A stretch of DNA of 64,000 nt from Acidimicrobiales bacterium (GCA_965231915.1 OZ246892.1:1664897-1728896); one strand, 5' to 3'. Positions 18,140 through 28,314 are shown, counted from the stretch's first letter. Translations and numbers: made by a program. The notes: generated by a model not told the origin, from the sequence alone.

Positions 18140-18880
18140 GTGGTTATGAATTCAAAGCGCACCGTTCGCCGAGTTGTAGCGCTTATTGCCGCTGTCCTGC
18201 TGTTGGCGGCTGCCTGTGGAGGCGACGACGATACGGCCCCGGATCCGACCTCGGTCGCTTCGCAAACAGCCACCGAGCAGCCCACACCATTGGAGACATC
18301 CACGGCCACTGAGCAGCCCACACTTGCCGCAACACCCACAGCTACCGAAGTTCCCACCGCGGTCGAGGTTGCCCCGGTGCAGGTGGTCGGACAACCACTT
18401 GGTCCGATTGGGGATTCACCTGATGCCGATCCAGCATTCCGCCAACCGGTGCCCGCCCTATATGGCACCGCCATAGACGGCTCGCCGCTGGAATGGACAC
18501 CAGGAGAGCGGCCAGCTGCCATCGTGTTCCTGGCTCACTGGTGCCCGGCTTGCCAGGCTGAGGTTGTCGAGCTCACCAACTGGCTGGCCGAGGGCAACAG
18601 CTTGCCTGAAGGGGTTGACCTTCTCAGCGTGGTCACCTTGGTGGACTCCAGTAGGGACAACTATCCGCCCAGCGAATGGTTGGCCGACGAGGGTTGGCCA
18701 TTCCCTATTCTGGTGGACAGCTCCGACAACGAGGTGGCCGTCGCCTTTGGTCAGGCGGGCACCCCGTTCTGGGTTTTCGTATTTGGAGATGGGACGTTGG
18801 CCCTCAGAGGAAGCGGCCGAATTCCCCCAGAGGGATTGGCCGAGCTCTTCGACCAACTACTGGCTCCAGGCGACGGGTAG
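18140..18880 (+). CDS. TlpA/ResA-like thiol-disulfide oxidoreductase lipoprotein
   Basis: Lipobox LLAAAC, thioredoxin motif WCPACQ, T/P/E-rich linker with imperfect TATEQPT repeats. Confidence 0.8.
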   Translation: MVMNSKRTVRRVVALIAAVLLLAAACGGDDDTAPDPTSVASQTATEQPTPLETSTATEQPTLAATPTATEVPTAVEVAPVQVVGQPLGPIGDSPDADPAFRQPVPALYGTAIDGSPLEWTPGERPAAIVFLAHWCPACQAEVVELTNWLAEGNSLPEGVDLLSVVTLVDSSRDNYPPSEWLADEGWPFPILVDSSDNEVAVAFGQAGTPFWVFVFGDGTLALRGSGRIPPEGLAELFDQLLAPGDG

Positions 18881-18891
18881 GGTTTTCGCCC

Positions 18892-19794
18892 GTGACTGGA
18901 TATCTAGAAGGCAAGAACATTGTCGTCACCGGCGCGGGCAACGGAATTGGCCGCGCCATCGCCATGGGCTGCGCCGCCGCCGGCGCCAACGTGGTGGTGG
19001 CCGACTACGGCGTGTCGCTGGCGGGCGCTGATCCCTCCTCGGAAGTGGCCGATGCGGTGGTGGCTGAGATCGAGGCGGCTGGTGGGACCGCCCTGGCACT
19101 GGCCTCCGACATCAGCACCATGGAGGGCGGCTCGGCCGCCGTTCAGGCCGCAGTGGACACTTGGGGTTCCATCGACGGCGCGGTGTGCGTGGCCGGCATC
19201 CTGCGGGAGCGGATGATCTTCAACATGACCGAGGAAGAGTTCGACGACGTGATCCGGGTACACCTAAAGGGCCACTTCACCGTGTACAAGCACGCCTCGG
19301 CCATCATGCGCAAGCAGGACACCGGCGGATCGCTGGTGGGTATCACCTCGGGGGCATTCACCGGATCGACCTCCCAGTGCAACTACTCGGCGGCGAAGGG
19401 GGGAATCATCTCGCTCACCAAGAGCGCCGCTCTGGCCCTGAAGCGCTACGGCATCAATGCCAACTGCATCGCCCCCAGCGCCAAGACCCGCATGTCGGAG
19501 AACGTGCCGTTCGAGATAGAGGCCGGTGAGCCCGAGGACGTGGCGCCCTTGGCCGTTTACTTGCTCAGCGATCAGGCTCGGGACATCACCGCCCAGGTGT
19601 ACACCGTGGTCGGCCCCCGCATTTCGGTGTGGGCCCAGTTCGGTGAGATTCGCTCCATGTTCGCCCCCGGCAGCAGTTGGACACCAGAGGGCATCGAAGA
19701 AGCGCTGCCCCGCACCGTCGGCATTGAAGAGCACCCCACCATGGCCATGCTGGCCGCGCAGGCTGCTCAGCGCCAGGCAGCCCAAGGCAGCTGA
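18892..19794 (+). CDS. SDR family oxidoreductase (about 300 aa, C-terminally extended)
   Basis: VVTGAGNGIGRA, YSAAKGG. Start set at GTG 18892, since the track ORF's 5' part overlaps the previous gene. Confidence 0.8.
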   Translation: MTGYLEGKNIVVTGAGNGIGRAIAMGCAAAGANVVVADYGVSLAGADPSSEVADAVVAEIEAAGGTALALASDISTMEGGSAAVQAAVDTWGSIDGAVCVAGILRERMIFNMTEEEFDDVIRVHLKGHFTVYKHASAIMRKQDTGGSLVGITSGAFTGSTSQCNYSAAKGGIISLTKSAALALKRYGINANCIAPSAKTRMSENVPFEIEAGEPEDVAPLAVYLLSDQARDITAQVYTVVGPRISVWAQFGEIRSMFAPGSSWTPEGIEEALPRTVGIEEHPTMAMLAAQAAQRQAAQGS

Positions 19795-20687
19795 TGCCCA
19801 GCGGCGCACTTGAGGGGCGGATCGCCGTCATCACCGGCGCTGGTCGGGGGATAGGCCGCCACTACGCCCTGCTGTTTGCCGCCGAGGGCGCCAAGGTGGT
19901 GGTCAACGATTTGGGCTGCGAAGCCGACGGCACTGGTGCCGACCCGGCTGTGGCCCAGGCGGTGGTAGACGAGATCGCCGCTGCCGACGGAACCGTGGTG
20001 GCCAACGGCGACGACGTGGCCGAGATGGCCGGAGCCGAGTCGCTGCTGACCCAGACGCTGGACGCCTTCGGGGGAGTGGATGTGCTGGTGAACAACGCCG
20101 GCATCCTGCGGGACAAGATGTTCGCCTCCATGAGCGAGGACGACTGGGACTCAGTGATCCGCGGCCACCTCAAGACCACGTTCTGCATGACCCGGGTGTG
20201 CGCTGGCTGGTGGCGCGACCAGACCAAGGCCGGAGAGGCGGTAAACGCCTCGGTGGTCAACATCAGCTCCACATCGGGGCTGATCGGCCAGGTGGGACAG
20301 TCCAACTACGGGGCGGCCAAGTCGGCCATTGCCGGGATGACGGTGATCATCGCCCAAGAGCTGGGGCGCTACGGCGTGCGGGTGAACTGCGTCACGCCCG
20401 CGGGCCGCACCCGCATGACCGAGGGGGCGCCCGGTGTGGCCGAGATGGTGGCCAAACCCGCCGAGGGCTTTGATGTGTTCCATCCCTTCCATCCCGCTCC
20501 GGTGGTGGGCTGGCTGGCCACGGCCGAATGCGACGTGACCGGACGAGTGTTCATGGCCAAAGGGGGCGACGTCCGCTGGTACACCCCGTGGTTGCGCCAG
20601 GACTTCCTTGACGATGAGCGGGAGTGGACCATTGCCGATTTGGCCGAGGCCATGAAGGATCTGCCTTCCGCTCCGGTATCGCCATGA
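19794..20687 (+). CDS. SDR family oxidoreductase
   Basis: VITGAGRGIGRH, NNAG, YGAAKSA. Confidence 0.85.
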   Translation: MPSGALEGRIAVITGAGRGIGRHYALLFAAEGAKVVVNDLGCEADGTGADPAVAQAVVDEIAAADGTVVANGDDVAEMAGAESLLTQTLDAFGGVDVLVNNAGILRDKMFASMSEDDWDSVIRGHLKTTFCMTRVCAGWWRDQTKAGEAVNASVVNISSTSGLIGQVGQSNYGAAKSAIAGMTVIIAQELGRYGVRVNCVTPAGRTRMTEGAPGVAEMVAKPAEGFDVFHPFHPAPVVGWLATAECDVTGRVFMAKGGDVRWYTPWLRQDFLDDEREWTIADLAEAMKDLPSAPVSP

Positions 20688-21466
20688 GCCGGGAAGTTCC
20701 CACTGAGCCGCCGGGCCGGGGGCTGCTAGATGGCAAGACAGTGGTGGTGACCGCCGCGGCGGGCACCGGCCTCGGCTTCGCTGCTGCTCGGCGATGCATG
20801 GCGGAGGGGGCCCGGGTGCTCATCAGCGACATCCACGAGCGCCGTCTGAGTGAGGCCGCCGATCGCTTGGCCGAGGAGTTCGGCGCGCGCCCTGCGACCC
20901 AGCTGTGCAACGTCACGGTCGAGGAGGAGGTCCAGGCCCTGATCGATGCCGCGGTAGCCGAGCTGGGCCACGTTGACGTGATGATCAACAACGCCGGTTT
21001 GGGAGGCACTGCCAATCTGGTGGACATGACAGACGACCAGTGGCATGTGGTGGTGGATGTGACCCTCAACGGCACCATGCGAACTACCCGGGCCGCCCTG
21101 CGACACATGATGCCGCGGGGTTCGGGGGTCATCGTCAACAATGCTTCGGTCATGGGATGGCGGGCCCAGGCGGGCCAGAGCCACTACGCCGCGGCCAAAG
21201 CGGGGGTGATGGCCCTGACCCGCTGCGCGGCAATGGAGGCGGCCGAGACCGGCGTGCGGGTCAACTGCGTGGCCCCCAGCCTGGCCATGCACCCGTTTTT
21301 GGCCAAGGTTTCCAGCCAAGAGTTCCTCGACGACCTGATCTCGTTGGAGGCCTTCGACCGGGCCGCAGAACCGTGGGAAGTGGCCAACGTGATGGTCTTT
21401 CTGGCTAGCGACTACTCCACCTACATGACCGGCGAGATCGTCGCAGTTAGCTCCCAACACCCCTAG
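20684..21466 (+). CDS. SDR family oxidoreductase
   Basis: VVTAAAGTGLGF, NNAG, YAAAKAG. ATGA overlap with the upstream SDR. Confidence 0.85.
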   Translation: MSREVPTEPPGRGLLDGKTVVVTAAAGTGLGFAAARRCMAEGARVLISDIHERRLSEAADRLAEEFGARPATQLCNVTVEEEVQALIDAAVAELGHVDVMINNAGLGGTANLVDMTDDQWHVVVDVTLNGTMRTTRAALRHMMPRGSGVIVNNASVMGWRAQAGQSHYAAAKAGVMALTRCAAMEAAETGVRVNCVAPSLAMHPFLAKVSSQEFLDDLISLEAFDRAAEPWEVANVMVFLASDYSTYMTGEIVAVSSQHP

Positions 21467-21528
21467 CTTGACCCTGCACCCGACCTAAACCATATAAGTA
21501 GTCATAAAATTATGGCTATAGTGGTCGT

Positions 21529-21828
21529 ATGGAAGCACCTATACAAGCGTCGTCGGAGCGTTTCGTGCCCGCGGGTGAGTTCAAGACAAACTGCCTGCGC
21601 CTGATGGACGAAGTGCAGGAGACCGGTTCGGAGATCGTCGTCACCAAGTACCGCCGACCGGTGGTGCGGGTCAGCCCGTTCCGACAGGACCAGCCCAAAC
21701 TGGTGGGATCGTGCAAGGGCCAGCTTCGAATCCTTACCGACATTGACGCCGAACCGGCTATTCCTTTGGAGGACTGGGACGTAATCGCCCGCCCCGAGCG
21801 AGTCCTCGATCCTGAGGGCGAAGCGTGA
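21529..21828 (+). CDS. Phd/YefM-family antitoxin
   Basis: VPAGEFKTNCLRLMDEVQETGSEIVVTKYRRPVVRVSP pattern. GTGA overlap with the downstream PIN toxin. Confidence 0.8.
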   Translation: MEAPIQASSERFVPAGEFKTNCLRLMDEVQETGSEIVVTKYRRPVVRVSPFRQDQPKLVGSCKGQLRILTDIDAEPAIPLEDWDVIARPERVLDPEGEA

Positions 21829-22244
21829 CCCTCCTGTTGGACACCAACGTCTTGTTGAGGTTGGTGGATGACAACCCAGAAATCAGCGAGTCGTTCAAAG
21901 GTGAGGTGGAGTTGGCTCTCGGTGTTGGTGATGTAACCGTTTCGACTGTCACATTCTTGGAGACCACGCGCCTTCATCACCATGAGCGAATCGACTTGGG
22001 CTGCCACCCCGCCGTTTGGCGCCGACAGCGTTTGCAGTCGGGGCTGAGGGAGATTCCCATCGACGGCGAGGTTGCGGTGGAGTCAGTGCTGCTGATGAAC
22101 TCAGGATTTCACCGAGACCCGGCCGATCAGTTGATCGTCGCCACAGCGATGCTCGGGGGCATGACCCTGGCAACCATGGATGCCAAGATCATCGACTGGG
22201 CCAACCAAACCCGCCTAGTTCCTCTGGCGGACCCTTGTGCCTAG
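21825..22244 (+). CDS. vapC: PIN-domain toxin (VapC family)
   Basis: LLLDTNVLL N-terminal Asp, later acidic residues (DPADQLIVATA). 139 aa. Confidence 0.8.
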   Translation: MTLLLDTNVLLRLVDDNPEISESFKGEVELALGVGDVTVSTVTFLETTRLHHHERIDLGCHPAVWRRQRLQSGLREIPIDGEVAVESVLLMNSGFHRDPADQLIVATAMLGGMTLATMDAKIIDWANQTRLVPLADPCA

Positions 22245-22278
22245 CGGGTCCGTCTGGGGAGCATAGGGAGGAGGAGCA

Positions 22279-23025
22279 ATGAACCATCAGCGTCGCATTC
22301 CACTGGACGGGTGCGTGAACTTCCGAGACTTGGGCGGTTACGCCAGCACATTGGGCGGCACTACCAAATGGGGCGTGCTGTTTCGGGCTGACTCGATGCA
22401 CCGCCTGAGCCCCGCTGATGGCGCAGTGGTCACCGGTCGATTGGGCATCCGCACCGCGGTGGACTTGCGGGCAAACGACGAGCGTGAGCGGGTTGGAGTG
22501 CTTGATCCATCACTGGGCATTGTCGAGCACCACATAGGCACGACCGATCGGACCATGCACACTTATGTGCGCCCCGATCCCGATCTGCTGAGCCGCTCCT
22601 TCGGACAGCTCTACGAGAACATGATCAGCAGCGGGGGAGAGCGGTTTGCCGCCGCCATCGAGCTGGTGGCCGATTCCGATCGGTGGCCGACAGCCTTTTT
22701 CTGCATGGCCGGAAAGGACCGCACCGGCTGTCTGGCCGCACTGATTTTGGGATTGGTCGGAGTAGGCCGCCAAGACATCGTGGGCGACTATGCGGCCACC
22801 GCTCCTGCGGCTCCCCTTATCCGGGAACGGGGGCTAGCCGAGCTGCCCGACATGGCCAAAGTTTGGGAAAAGCTGCCCGACGACATAACCACGGCCCCCA
22901 TTAGCGCCATGTCCGAGCTGTTGGACATCGTCGATGTTCGTTGGGGCGGCCCCGAGGGCTACGCCCTGGAATATGGCGTCAAACCCCGAACCATTGAGCG
23001 CCTCCGAGAGACGTTCTTGGTCTGA
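22279..23025 (+). CDS. Protein tyrosine/serine phosphatase (Y_phosphatase3-like)
   Basis: CX5R P-loop CMAGKDRTG. N-terminal NFRDLGG. Confidence 0.8.
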   Translation: MNHQRRIPLDGCVNFRDLGGYASTLGGTTKWGVLFRADSMHRLSPADGAVVTGRLGIRTAVDLRANDERERVGVLDPSLGIVEHHIGTTDRTMHTYVRPDPDLLSRSFGQLYENMISSGGERFAAAIELVADSDRWPTAFFCMAGKDRTGCLAALILGLVGVGRQDIVGDYAATAPAAPLIRERGLAELPDMAKVWEKLPDDITTAPISAMSELLDIVDVRWGGPEGYALEYGVKPRTIERLRETFLV

Positions 23026-23031
23026 TCCGAG

Positions 23032-23988
23032 CTAGGGCTCGACGACCACCTTCAGCGTGGGGGTGTCGCTGGCGGCCAACGCGAATGCCTCGCCGGCGCC
23101 GTCGAGAGGGAATCGCTGGGTGACCATGGCCTCGGCGATCTCGGGGCGGTGGGCCAACAAAGCGGCGGCGGAGTCGAAGGCTCGGCCGGCTCCGTGGTGG
23201 CCATAGAACGTCCCCCACACCGCAGTCAGCTCCTTCAGCACCCAGGGCAGCACCTCGAACAGCTTGTTCTGGTAGTAGCCGGCCACCAGCAGCACCGTCC
23301 CTCCAGGACGAGCCACCTCGGCCGAGCGGGTGATGGAGCGCTCCGAGCCGTCACCTTCGATGACCATGTCGTAGGTGCCCGACAGGCCCACGCCGAGGCC
23401 CATCTGCTCGGCCGCCGCCGCGTGAATATCATGATCAGGCTCCACGTCCACCACGCAGCCCCGCCAGCGGGCCGCGGCCCCGCCCAACAAGCCGAATCCG
23501 GTGATGCCGGGGCCCACCACCGCCACCCGGTGGCGGCTCTCCAGCCGCCCCAGCATCAGGCTGTGGATGTTCACGGCTAGCGGCTCGCACAAGCAGGCGT
23601 TGGCCACATCCAAGCCGTGAGGAAGACGCACCAGGCACCGCTCCGGCAGCAGGATCTCGTCGGCCATGCCCCCGTCGAAGGCCACCCCTGCGATCATTTC
23701 GTGCGACTTCTCGCACCAGTGGTAGTCGCCCATTGCGCAGAACTCGCACACCTCGCAGGGCACCATCGGCTCAATCGCCACCGGGGTTCCGTCGTCCAGC
23801 ACACCGGCGAACTCGTGGCCGAACGTCATCTCCCTCGGTCCGAAGCCCACCATGTTCAGGTCGGTCTGGCAGATGCCCACCGAGCGGGGCCGTATCCGCA
23901 CCCCTTCGGAGTTTCCCACCCCCACCGTGGTAGGAATCGGCACCTCTACCGGTCGGATGCCCTCGGGGGTGTGGCGCACCGCCCTCAC
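23032..23988 (-). CDS. Zinc-dependent alcohol dehydrogenase (MDR family)
   Basis: GICQTDL, GHEFAGV, GPGITG NAD loop. Start set at GTG 23988, overlapping the upstream SDR stop (GTGA). Confidence 0.8.
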   Translation of the reverse strand: MRAVRHTPEGIRPVEVPIPTTVGVGNSEGVRIRPRSVGICQTDLNMVGFGPREMTFGHEFAGVLDDGTPVAIEPMVPCEVCEFCAMGDYHWCEKSHEMIAGVAFDGGMADEILLPERCLVRLPHGLDVANACLCEPLAVNIHSLMLGRLESRHRVAVVGPGITGFGLLGGAAARWRGCVVDVEPDHDIHAAAAEQMGLGVGLSGTYDMVIEGDGSERSITRSAEVARPGGTVLLVAGYYQNKLFEVLPWVLKELTAVWGTFYGHHGAGRAFDSAAALLAHRPEIAEAMVTQRFPLDGAGEAFALAASDTPTLKVVVEP

Positions 23989-24803
23989 GCCGACAGGCCT
24001 CGCTTTTTGAACTCGCTTTGGGCGTACACAATGCCGCCCAAGTGCTCGTCGGCGTCGGGCGACGTGGCCAGCCAAGCCACCACCGCTCCGATGGTGGCCG
24101 GCTCGCCGCCGGGGTAGGGGAACGACCCGGCGGTGTTTCGGGCCCGGGCGGCCTCGGTGATCACATAGCCAGGATCGATGCTGAAGCAGCGGATGCCATC
24201 GGGGCCGTGCTCCACATGGATGTGGGGGGTCATGCGGGTGAACGCCCCTTTGCTCATGGCGTAGGCCATGCCCCAGCCTCCCTTTCCGATGGGGCCGGGC
24301 GGGTCGGTGTAGGCCGAGGCCGAGATCATGTTCACGATGGTGCCCGAGCCCTGCTCGACCATGGCGGTCAGCACCCGCTCGGTGATCGCCATTTGGGCGA
24401 ACACATTCCCTTCGAACAGCTTGTGAACCTCGGGCTCTTCTAGCTCCAGAATCGGGGTCATGCTTACTTTGGCCTGGTAGATGGCGTTGTTCACCAGCAC
24501 ATCAAGTTGGCCGAAATGATCCAGAGCGCCATCAATGCACGCCGTCACGCTTCCTCGGTCCAACAAGTCCATGGTGAATGCCACCCCCTGCTGTCCCGCG
24601 GCTTCGATGGCGGCCACGGTGGTGTCGAGCCCGCCGGGAATGGCGAGATCGGGGTTGTACATGTCCCGGCCTGCTCCGTCCACCAGGGTGCGGGCCGACA
24701 CGGCTACGTCGAACCCGGCTTGGGCCAGGGCGATGGCGCTGGCCTTTCCGATGCCCCGGCTGGCTCCGGTGACCAGGGCTGTCTTCCGTTCTTCGGCGCT
24801 CAT
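23985..24803 (-). CDS. SDR family oxidoreductase
   Basis: Start at ATG 24803 (MSAEERKTALVTGASRGIGKA). NNAI, YAMSKGA. The upstream part of the track ORF is antisense to the MCR-like gene. Confidence 0.85.
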   Translation of the reverse strand: MSAEERKTALVTGASRGIGKASAIALAQAGFDVAVSARTLVDGAGRDMYNPDLAIPGGLDTTVAAIEAAGQQGVAFTMDLLDRGSVTACIDGALDHFGQLDVLVNNAIYQAKVSMTPILELEEPEVHKLFEGNVFAQMAITERVLTAMVEQGSGTIVNMISASAYTDPPGPIGKGGWGMAYAMSKGAFTRMTPHIHVEHGPDGIRCFSIDPGYVITEAARARNTAGSFPYPGGEPATIGAVVAWLATSPDADEHLGGIVYAQSEFKKRGLSA

Positions 24804-24855
24804 CGGTGTCGCTCCGCCTTTCGGTTGCATTGGGTGGCAGGCATACCGTAGGGCC

Positions 24856-25995
24856 ATGGGTCCGCTGAGGGGAATGCGCATCGTGGAGTTGGCCGGGATC
24901 GGGCCGACCCCGTTCGCCGGAATGATGTTGTCGGACATGGGCGCCGAGGTCATCCGGGTCGATCGGGTGGGCGGCTCGGGCAACCCGGTGGCCTCGCAAT
25001 CGGGTCCCATGGAGCGGGGCAAGCGGACCGTGGCCTTCAACCTCAAGCAGCCCGAGGGAGTGGAAGCGGTGCTCCGGCTGGTCGAGGTGTCCGACGGCCT
25101 GTTCGAGGGCTTCCGGGCCGGAGTGGCCGAGCGCCTCGGGGTCGGTCCCGACGCTTGTCTGGCCCGCAATCCCAAGCTGGTCTACGGGCGCATGACCGGC
25201 TGGGGCCAGTCTGGACCGCTGGCCGACCGGGCCGGCCACGATATCAACTACATCTCCCTGGCCGGACCGCTGGCCCACATCGGTCGGACCGGGCAGCCCC
25301 CCTCGGTGCCGCTCAACCTCATCGGCGATTTCGGGGGCGGCTCGGTGTTTTTGGTGCTGGGCATGGTGGCCGCCCTCTTGGAGGTGGTTCGGGGCGGCGA
25401 CGGCCAGGTGGTGGATGCGGCCATGGTGGACGGCGCGGCCTACCTGCTGTCGCCGCTGTATGCCGCCCATGCCAGCGGATTCTGGACCGACGACTACGGG
25501 GCCAATTTCTTGGACTCCGGGGCGTATTTCTACGAGGTATACGGCACTTCCGACGGCAAGTGGCTGGCGGTGGGGGCCATCGAGCCCCAGTTCCACGCCG
25601 AGTTCATGGCCGGCATCGGCCTGGCCGGAGCCGAAGATTTGCCCGACCAGATGGACCGGGGTCGGTGGCCGGAGATGAAGCAGCGGGTGGGCGAGATCAT
25701 CGCCCAGCGCACCCTGGATGAGTGGGTGGCCGTGTTCGACGGCACCGACGCCTGCGTCAGCCCTGTTCTCACCATGGGGCAAACCCCGTCGCATCCTCAT
25801 GCCCAGGCCCGTGATTCATTTTTCGAATTCGGCGGGGTCACCCAGCCCCGGCCCGCTCCCCGTTTCGAGGGGACGCCATCTGAGCCAGCGGTGACGTCAC
25901 ATCCTCCAGGAGCCGATACCGACTCGGTGCTCACAGAGCTGGGCTACTCCGCCGAGCAGGTGGAAGGGCTCCGTTCGTCTGGCGCGGTGGCCTGA
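24856..25995 (+). CDS. mcr: Alpha-methylacyl-CoA racemase-like family III CoA-transferase
   Basis: MRIVELAGIGPTPFAGMMLSDMGAEVIRVDR closely resembles the mycobacterial MCR N-terminus. 379 aa from ATG 24856. Confidence 0.7.
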   Translation: MGPLRGMRIVELAGIGPTPFAGMMLSDMGAEVIRVDRVGGSGNPVASQSGPMERGKRTVAFNLKQPEGVEAVLRLVEVSDGLFEGFRAGVAERLGVGPDACLARNPKLVYGRMTGWGQSGPLADRAGHDINYISLAGPLAHIGRTGQPPSVPLNLIGDFGGGSVFLVLGMVAALLEVVRGGDGQVVDAAMVDGAAYLLSPLYAAHASGFWTDDYGANFLDSGAYFYEVYGTSDGKWLAVGAIEPQFHAEFMAGIGLAGAEDLPDQMDRGRWPEMKQRVGEIIAQRTLDEWVAVFDGTDACVSPVLTMGQTPSHPHAQARDSFFEFGGVTQPRPAPRFEGTPSEPAVTSHPPGADTDSVLTELGYSAEQVEGLRSSGAVA

Positions 25996-26076
25996 GGTCC
26001 GCCGAAGTCGTTGGAACCTCGCATAGGTTTGAGCCGTCGTAGAGGCTGAGACCATCGGCTGAATCGGAGGTGCCAT

Positions 26077-27585
26077 ATGCGCAAGACAATTCTGAACGGG
26101 GTGATTGCGCTCATGGTGTTGATCGGCGCCGCCTGCTCCAGCGACAGCAATGACGACGGCTCAGCGGCATCGACCGGCGACTCTGCGACTCAAACATCCC
26201 CCCAGGCCGCTGAGTCCACCGAGGCCCCCTCGTCTGCTCAAGACGAAGAGGCACAGCCAGCCCAGAAGGCATTGGCCGACGCGGTCCTGTCGATCCTGTT
26301 GTCTGATCCCGAGAGGCCGGGTTTCATAACCGATGAGCAGCTTGGCTGTGTGGCCAACAGCGTGGCGTCGGCGTTCTCCGACGAGCGAATCAGCGAGTTG
26401 GGCCTAGACGAGGCGTCGCTCGGCTCAGCCTATGCCGACAGGGGTTCATTTCTGCTGGGGGATCGCTTCGGGGCAAGCCAGTCTGAGATCGAAAATCTGG
26501 TGGACATGGCGGTTGGCTGCACCGACTGGCGGCAGGTTATGGCTTTGACCTTGGAAGATGATGGCATGTCCGCTGAACAGGCCGCGTGCTTCAGCTCGGA
26601 GATATCTGACGAGGGATTGAAAAGCCAGGTTGCCGGACTTCTGGTGTCTCCTGAAGTGTCGCTTGACGGCGATGGCGAACAGGCCGGCCAGGAGCTTGTG
26701 CGACTCATGAGTGTTTGTATCGACCTCCGTTCGGTGGTGTTCGACGGCCTTGTGCAGGGCAGTGGCGTCTCAGTGGAGAGCGCCCAATGCGTGGTGGACA
26801 ATATGTCTGACGAACTGGTTGACGGGTACTTCCAGGCGATCTCCGGAGGCGAAGAGGCCGAGGCGGAAGCGGTCTTCGCCGAACTTCTGGAGATCCAAAA
26901 CCGGTGTCTGACTCCTGAGGAAATCCAGATGACGGGAGGGTTTGGGGGCGGAGACGATGATTTCGCTGAAGCAATCGATTTTGGGGAGAGCTTTGGTTCG
27001 GGCCCGTGTCCACCCGCCGATGGATCGGGTCCGACGGTGCTTTATTTCGACGGTCCCCAGCCCCTGTGTTTGGATCCGGCCAAGCAGTACATAGCAGTGT
27101 TCGACACCACTGCGGGGGAGATGCGAATAGAACTCGACACGTTCAACACCCCGGTCACGGCCAACAACTTCGTTGTGCTGGCCCGAAACCACTACTACGA
27201 CGACACGCTGTTGTTCCGCACCGATCCGAGCATCGGGATCATCCAGGGCGGGGCGCCCCATACCAACTCCCCGTCTGATCCCGGCCCGGGCTACACCATT
27301 CCCGATGAGGGCTTTGGATTTGCCTACGAGCCGGGCCAGATCGTGATGGCCCGCACCGCCGCGCCCAACAGCGCCAGCGCCCAGTTCTTCTTCGCCGTCA
27401 ACGAGAACACCGCCCTGCTCAACAGCCAGGGCACCTATGTGGTGTTCGGCCAGATGGACGACGACAGCCTGGCTGTGGCCGAGGCCATTTTGGTCAGCCA
27501 CGTCGACCAGCCCGACAACCCACTGGGCGGAGGCCCCGAACCCCCGGTAACCGTCAACTCGGTCACCATTGAAGAAATCGGCTAA
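26077..27585 (+). CDS. Lipoprotein: Cys-containing repeat domain fused to cyclophilin-type peptidyl-prolyl isomerase
   Basis: Lipobox LIGAAC. C-terminal cyclophilin pattern (TANNFVVLARNHYYDDTLLFR...GQIVMARTAAPNSASAQFFF). The N-terminal half is paralogous to the next gene. Confidence 0.8.
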   Translation: MRKTILNGVIALMVLIGAACSSDSNDDGSAASTGDSATQTSPQAAESTEAPSSAQDEEAQPAQKALADAVLSILLSDPERPGFITDEQLGCVANSVASAFSDERISELGLDEASLGSAYADRGSFLLGDRFGASQSEIENLVDMAVGCTDWRQVMALTLEDDGMSAEQAACFSSEISDEGLKSQVAGLLVSPEVSLDGDGEQAGQELVRLMSVCIDLRSVVFDGLVQGSGVSVESAQCVVDNMSDELVDGYFQAISGGEEAEAEAVFAELLEIQNRCLTPEEIQMTGGFGGGDDDFAEAIDFGESFGSGPCPPADGSGPTVLYFDGPQPLCLDPAKQYIAVFDTTAGEMRIELDTFNTPVTANNFVVLARNHYYDDTLLFRTDPSIGIIQGGAPHTNSPSDPGPGYTIPDEGFGFAYEPGQIVMARTAAPNSASAQFFFAVNENTALLNSQGTYVVFGQMDDDSLAVAEAILVSHVDQPDNPLGGGPEPPVTVNSVTIEEIG

Positions 27586-27600
27586 CCCTGGGGTTGACCT

Positions 27601-28314
27601 ATGCGCAGCGGCTGGTTCATCCCTCTATTGCTTGTAGCCCTCTTGGCAGCAGCCTGTTCGAGCGAGAGCGAGAGCAGCGCACCGTCTGTCCCCGCAACCC
27701 AGGCTCCCGCCGTCCAACCCACTGAGACGGTCGAAGCCCCCAGTTCGTCGCCTACCGACGCCGCTGTCCCCGAAAATGGCGACCAGGCTGAAAATGGCGA
27801 CCAGGTTGATAATGGCGATTCAACCGGCCCCATTAGGCAAGAGCTGACCGTCACCTTTTTAGAGCTGGTTATGGGAGACGAACTGGTCACCACGTTCATG
27901 ACGCCACAGGAGATCAATTGTCTGGCCGAGGAGGCATTTGCCGTGTTCACCGACGAACGCTTGGGCGAACTGGGACTCAACTCGGATTCGTTTGCTGAGG
28001 CATATCGGCAGCCAGGATTGTTTGTGTTTGGGGACTGGTTCGACATTTCCGATCGAGAGGCGTTTGATCTTGAGAATCTGGCCTTGGGTTGCGTTGACTG
28101 GCGGAACTTCGTGGTCCAGGTCTTGGTCTCAGAGGGTGAACCCATTGATCGAGCCGAATGCATCGCCACCCAGATCTCGGTTGACGGATTGCGGGATGTA
28201 GTAAGGGACGCCATGGTGGTCGACTCGGGAGAGGGCTTCGGAGAGGCACAGGACGAGGTGTTGTCAGCCCTGACCTCCTGTTACTTGAACGCGTCTCCGG
28301 CAACGGTCTCGTAG
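27601..28314 (+). CDS. Lipoprotein, paralogue of the N-terminal domain of the upstream PPIase protein
   Basis: Lipobox LLAAAC. CLAEEAFAVFTDERLGELGL...LGCVDWR aligns with CVANSVASAFSDERISELGL...VGCTDWR. ENGDQ repeats in the linker. Confidence 0.7.
   Translation: MRSGWFIPLLLVALLAAACSSESESSAPSVPATQAPAVQPTETVEAPSSSPTDAAVPENGDQAENGDQVDNGDSTGPIRQELTVTFLELVMGDELVTTFMTPQEINCLAEEAFAVFTDERLGELGLNSDSFAEAYRQPGLFVFGDWFDISDREAFDLENLALGCVDWRNFVVQVLVSEGEPIDRAECIATQISVDGLRDVVRDAMVVDSGEGFGEAQDEVLSALTSCYLNASPATVS

Noticed and set aside
18230-18370. Short tandem repeats (TATEQPT units here, and ENGDQ units at about 27770-27815) considered as CRISPR or minisatellite
   Set aside because: These are imperfect, in-frame, low-complexity linker repeats inside lipoprotein genes. 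There is no repeat-spacer periodicity and no cas genes.
21467-21528. Short inverted repeat CCATA...TATGG in the AT-richer spacer before the Phd antitoxin at 21529
   Set aside because: Its arms are only 5 bp, which is too weak to call an operator without comparative support.
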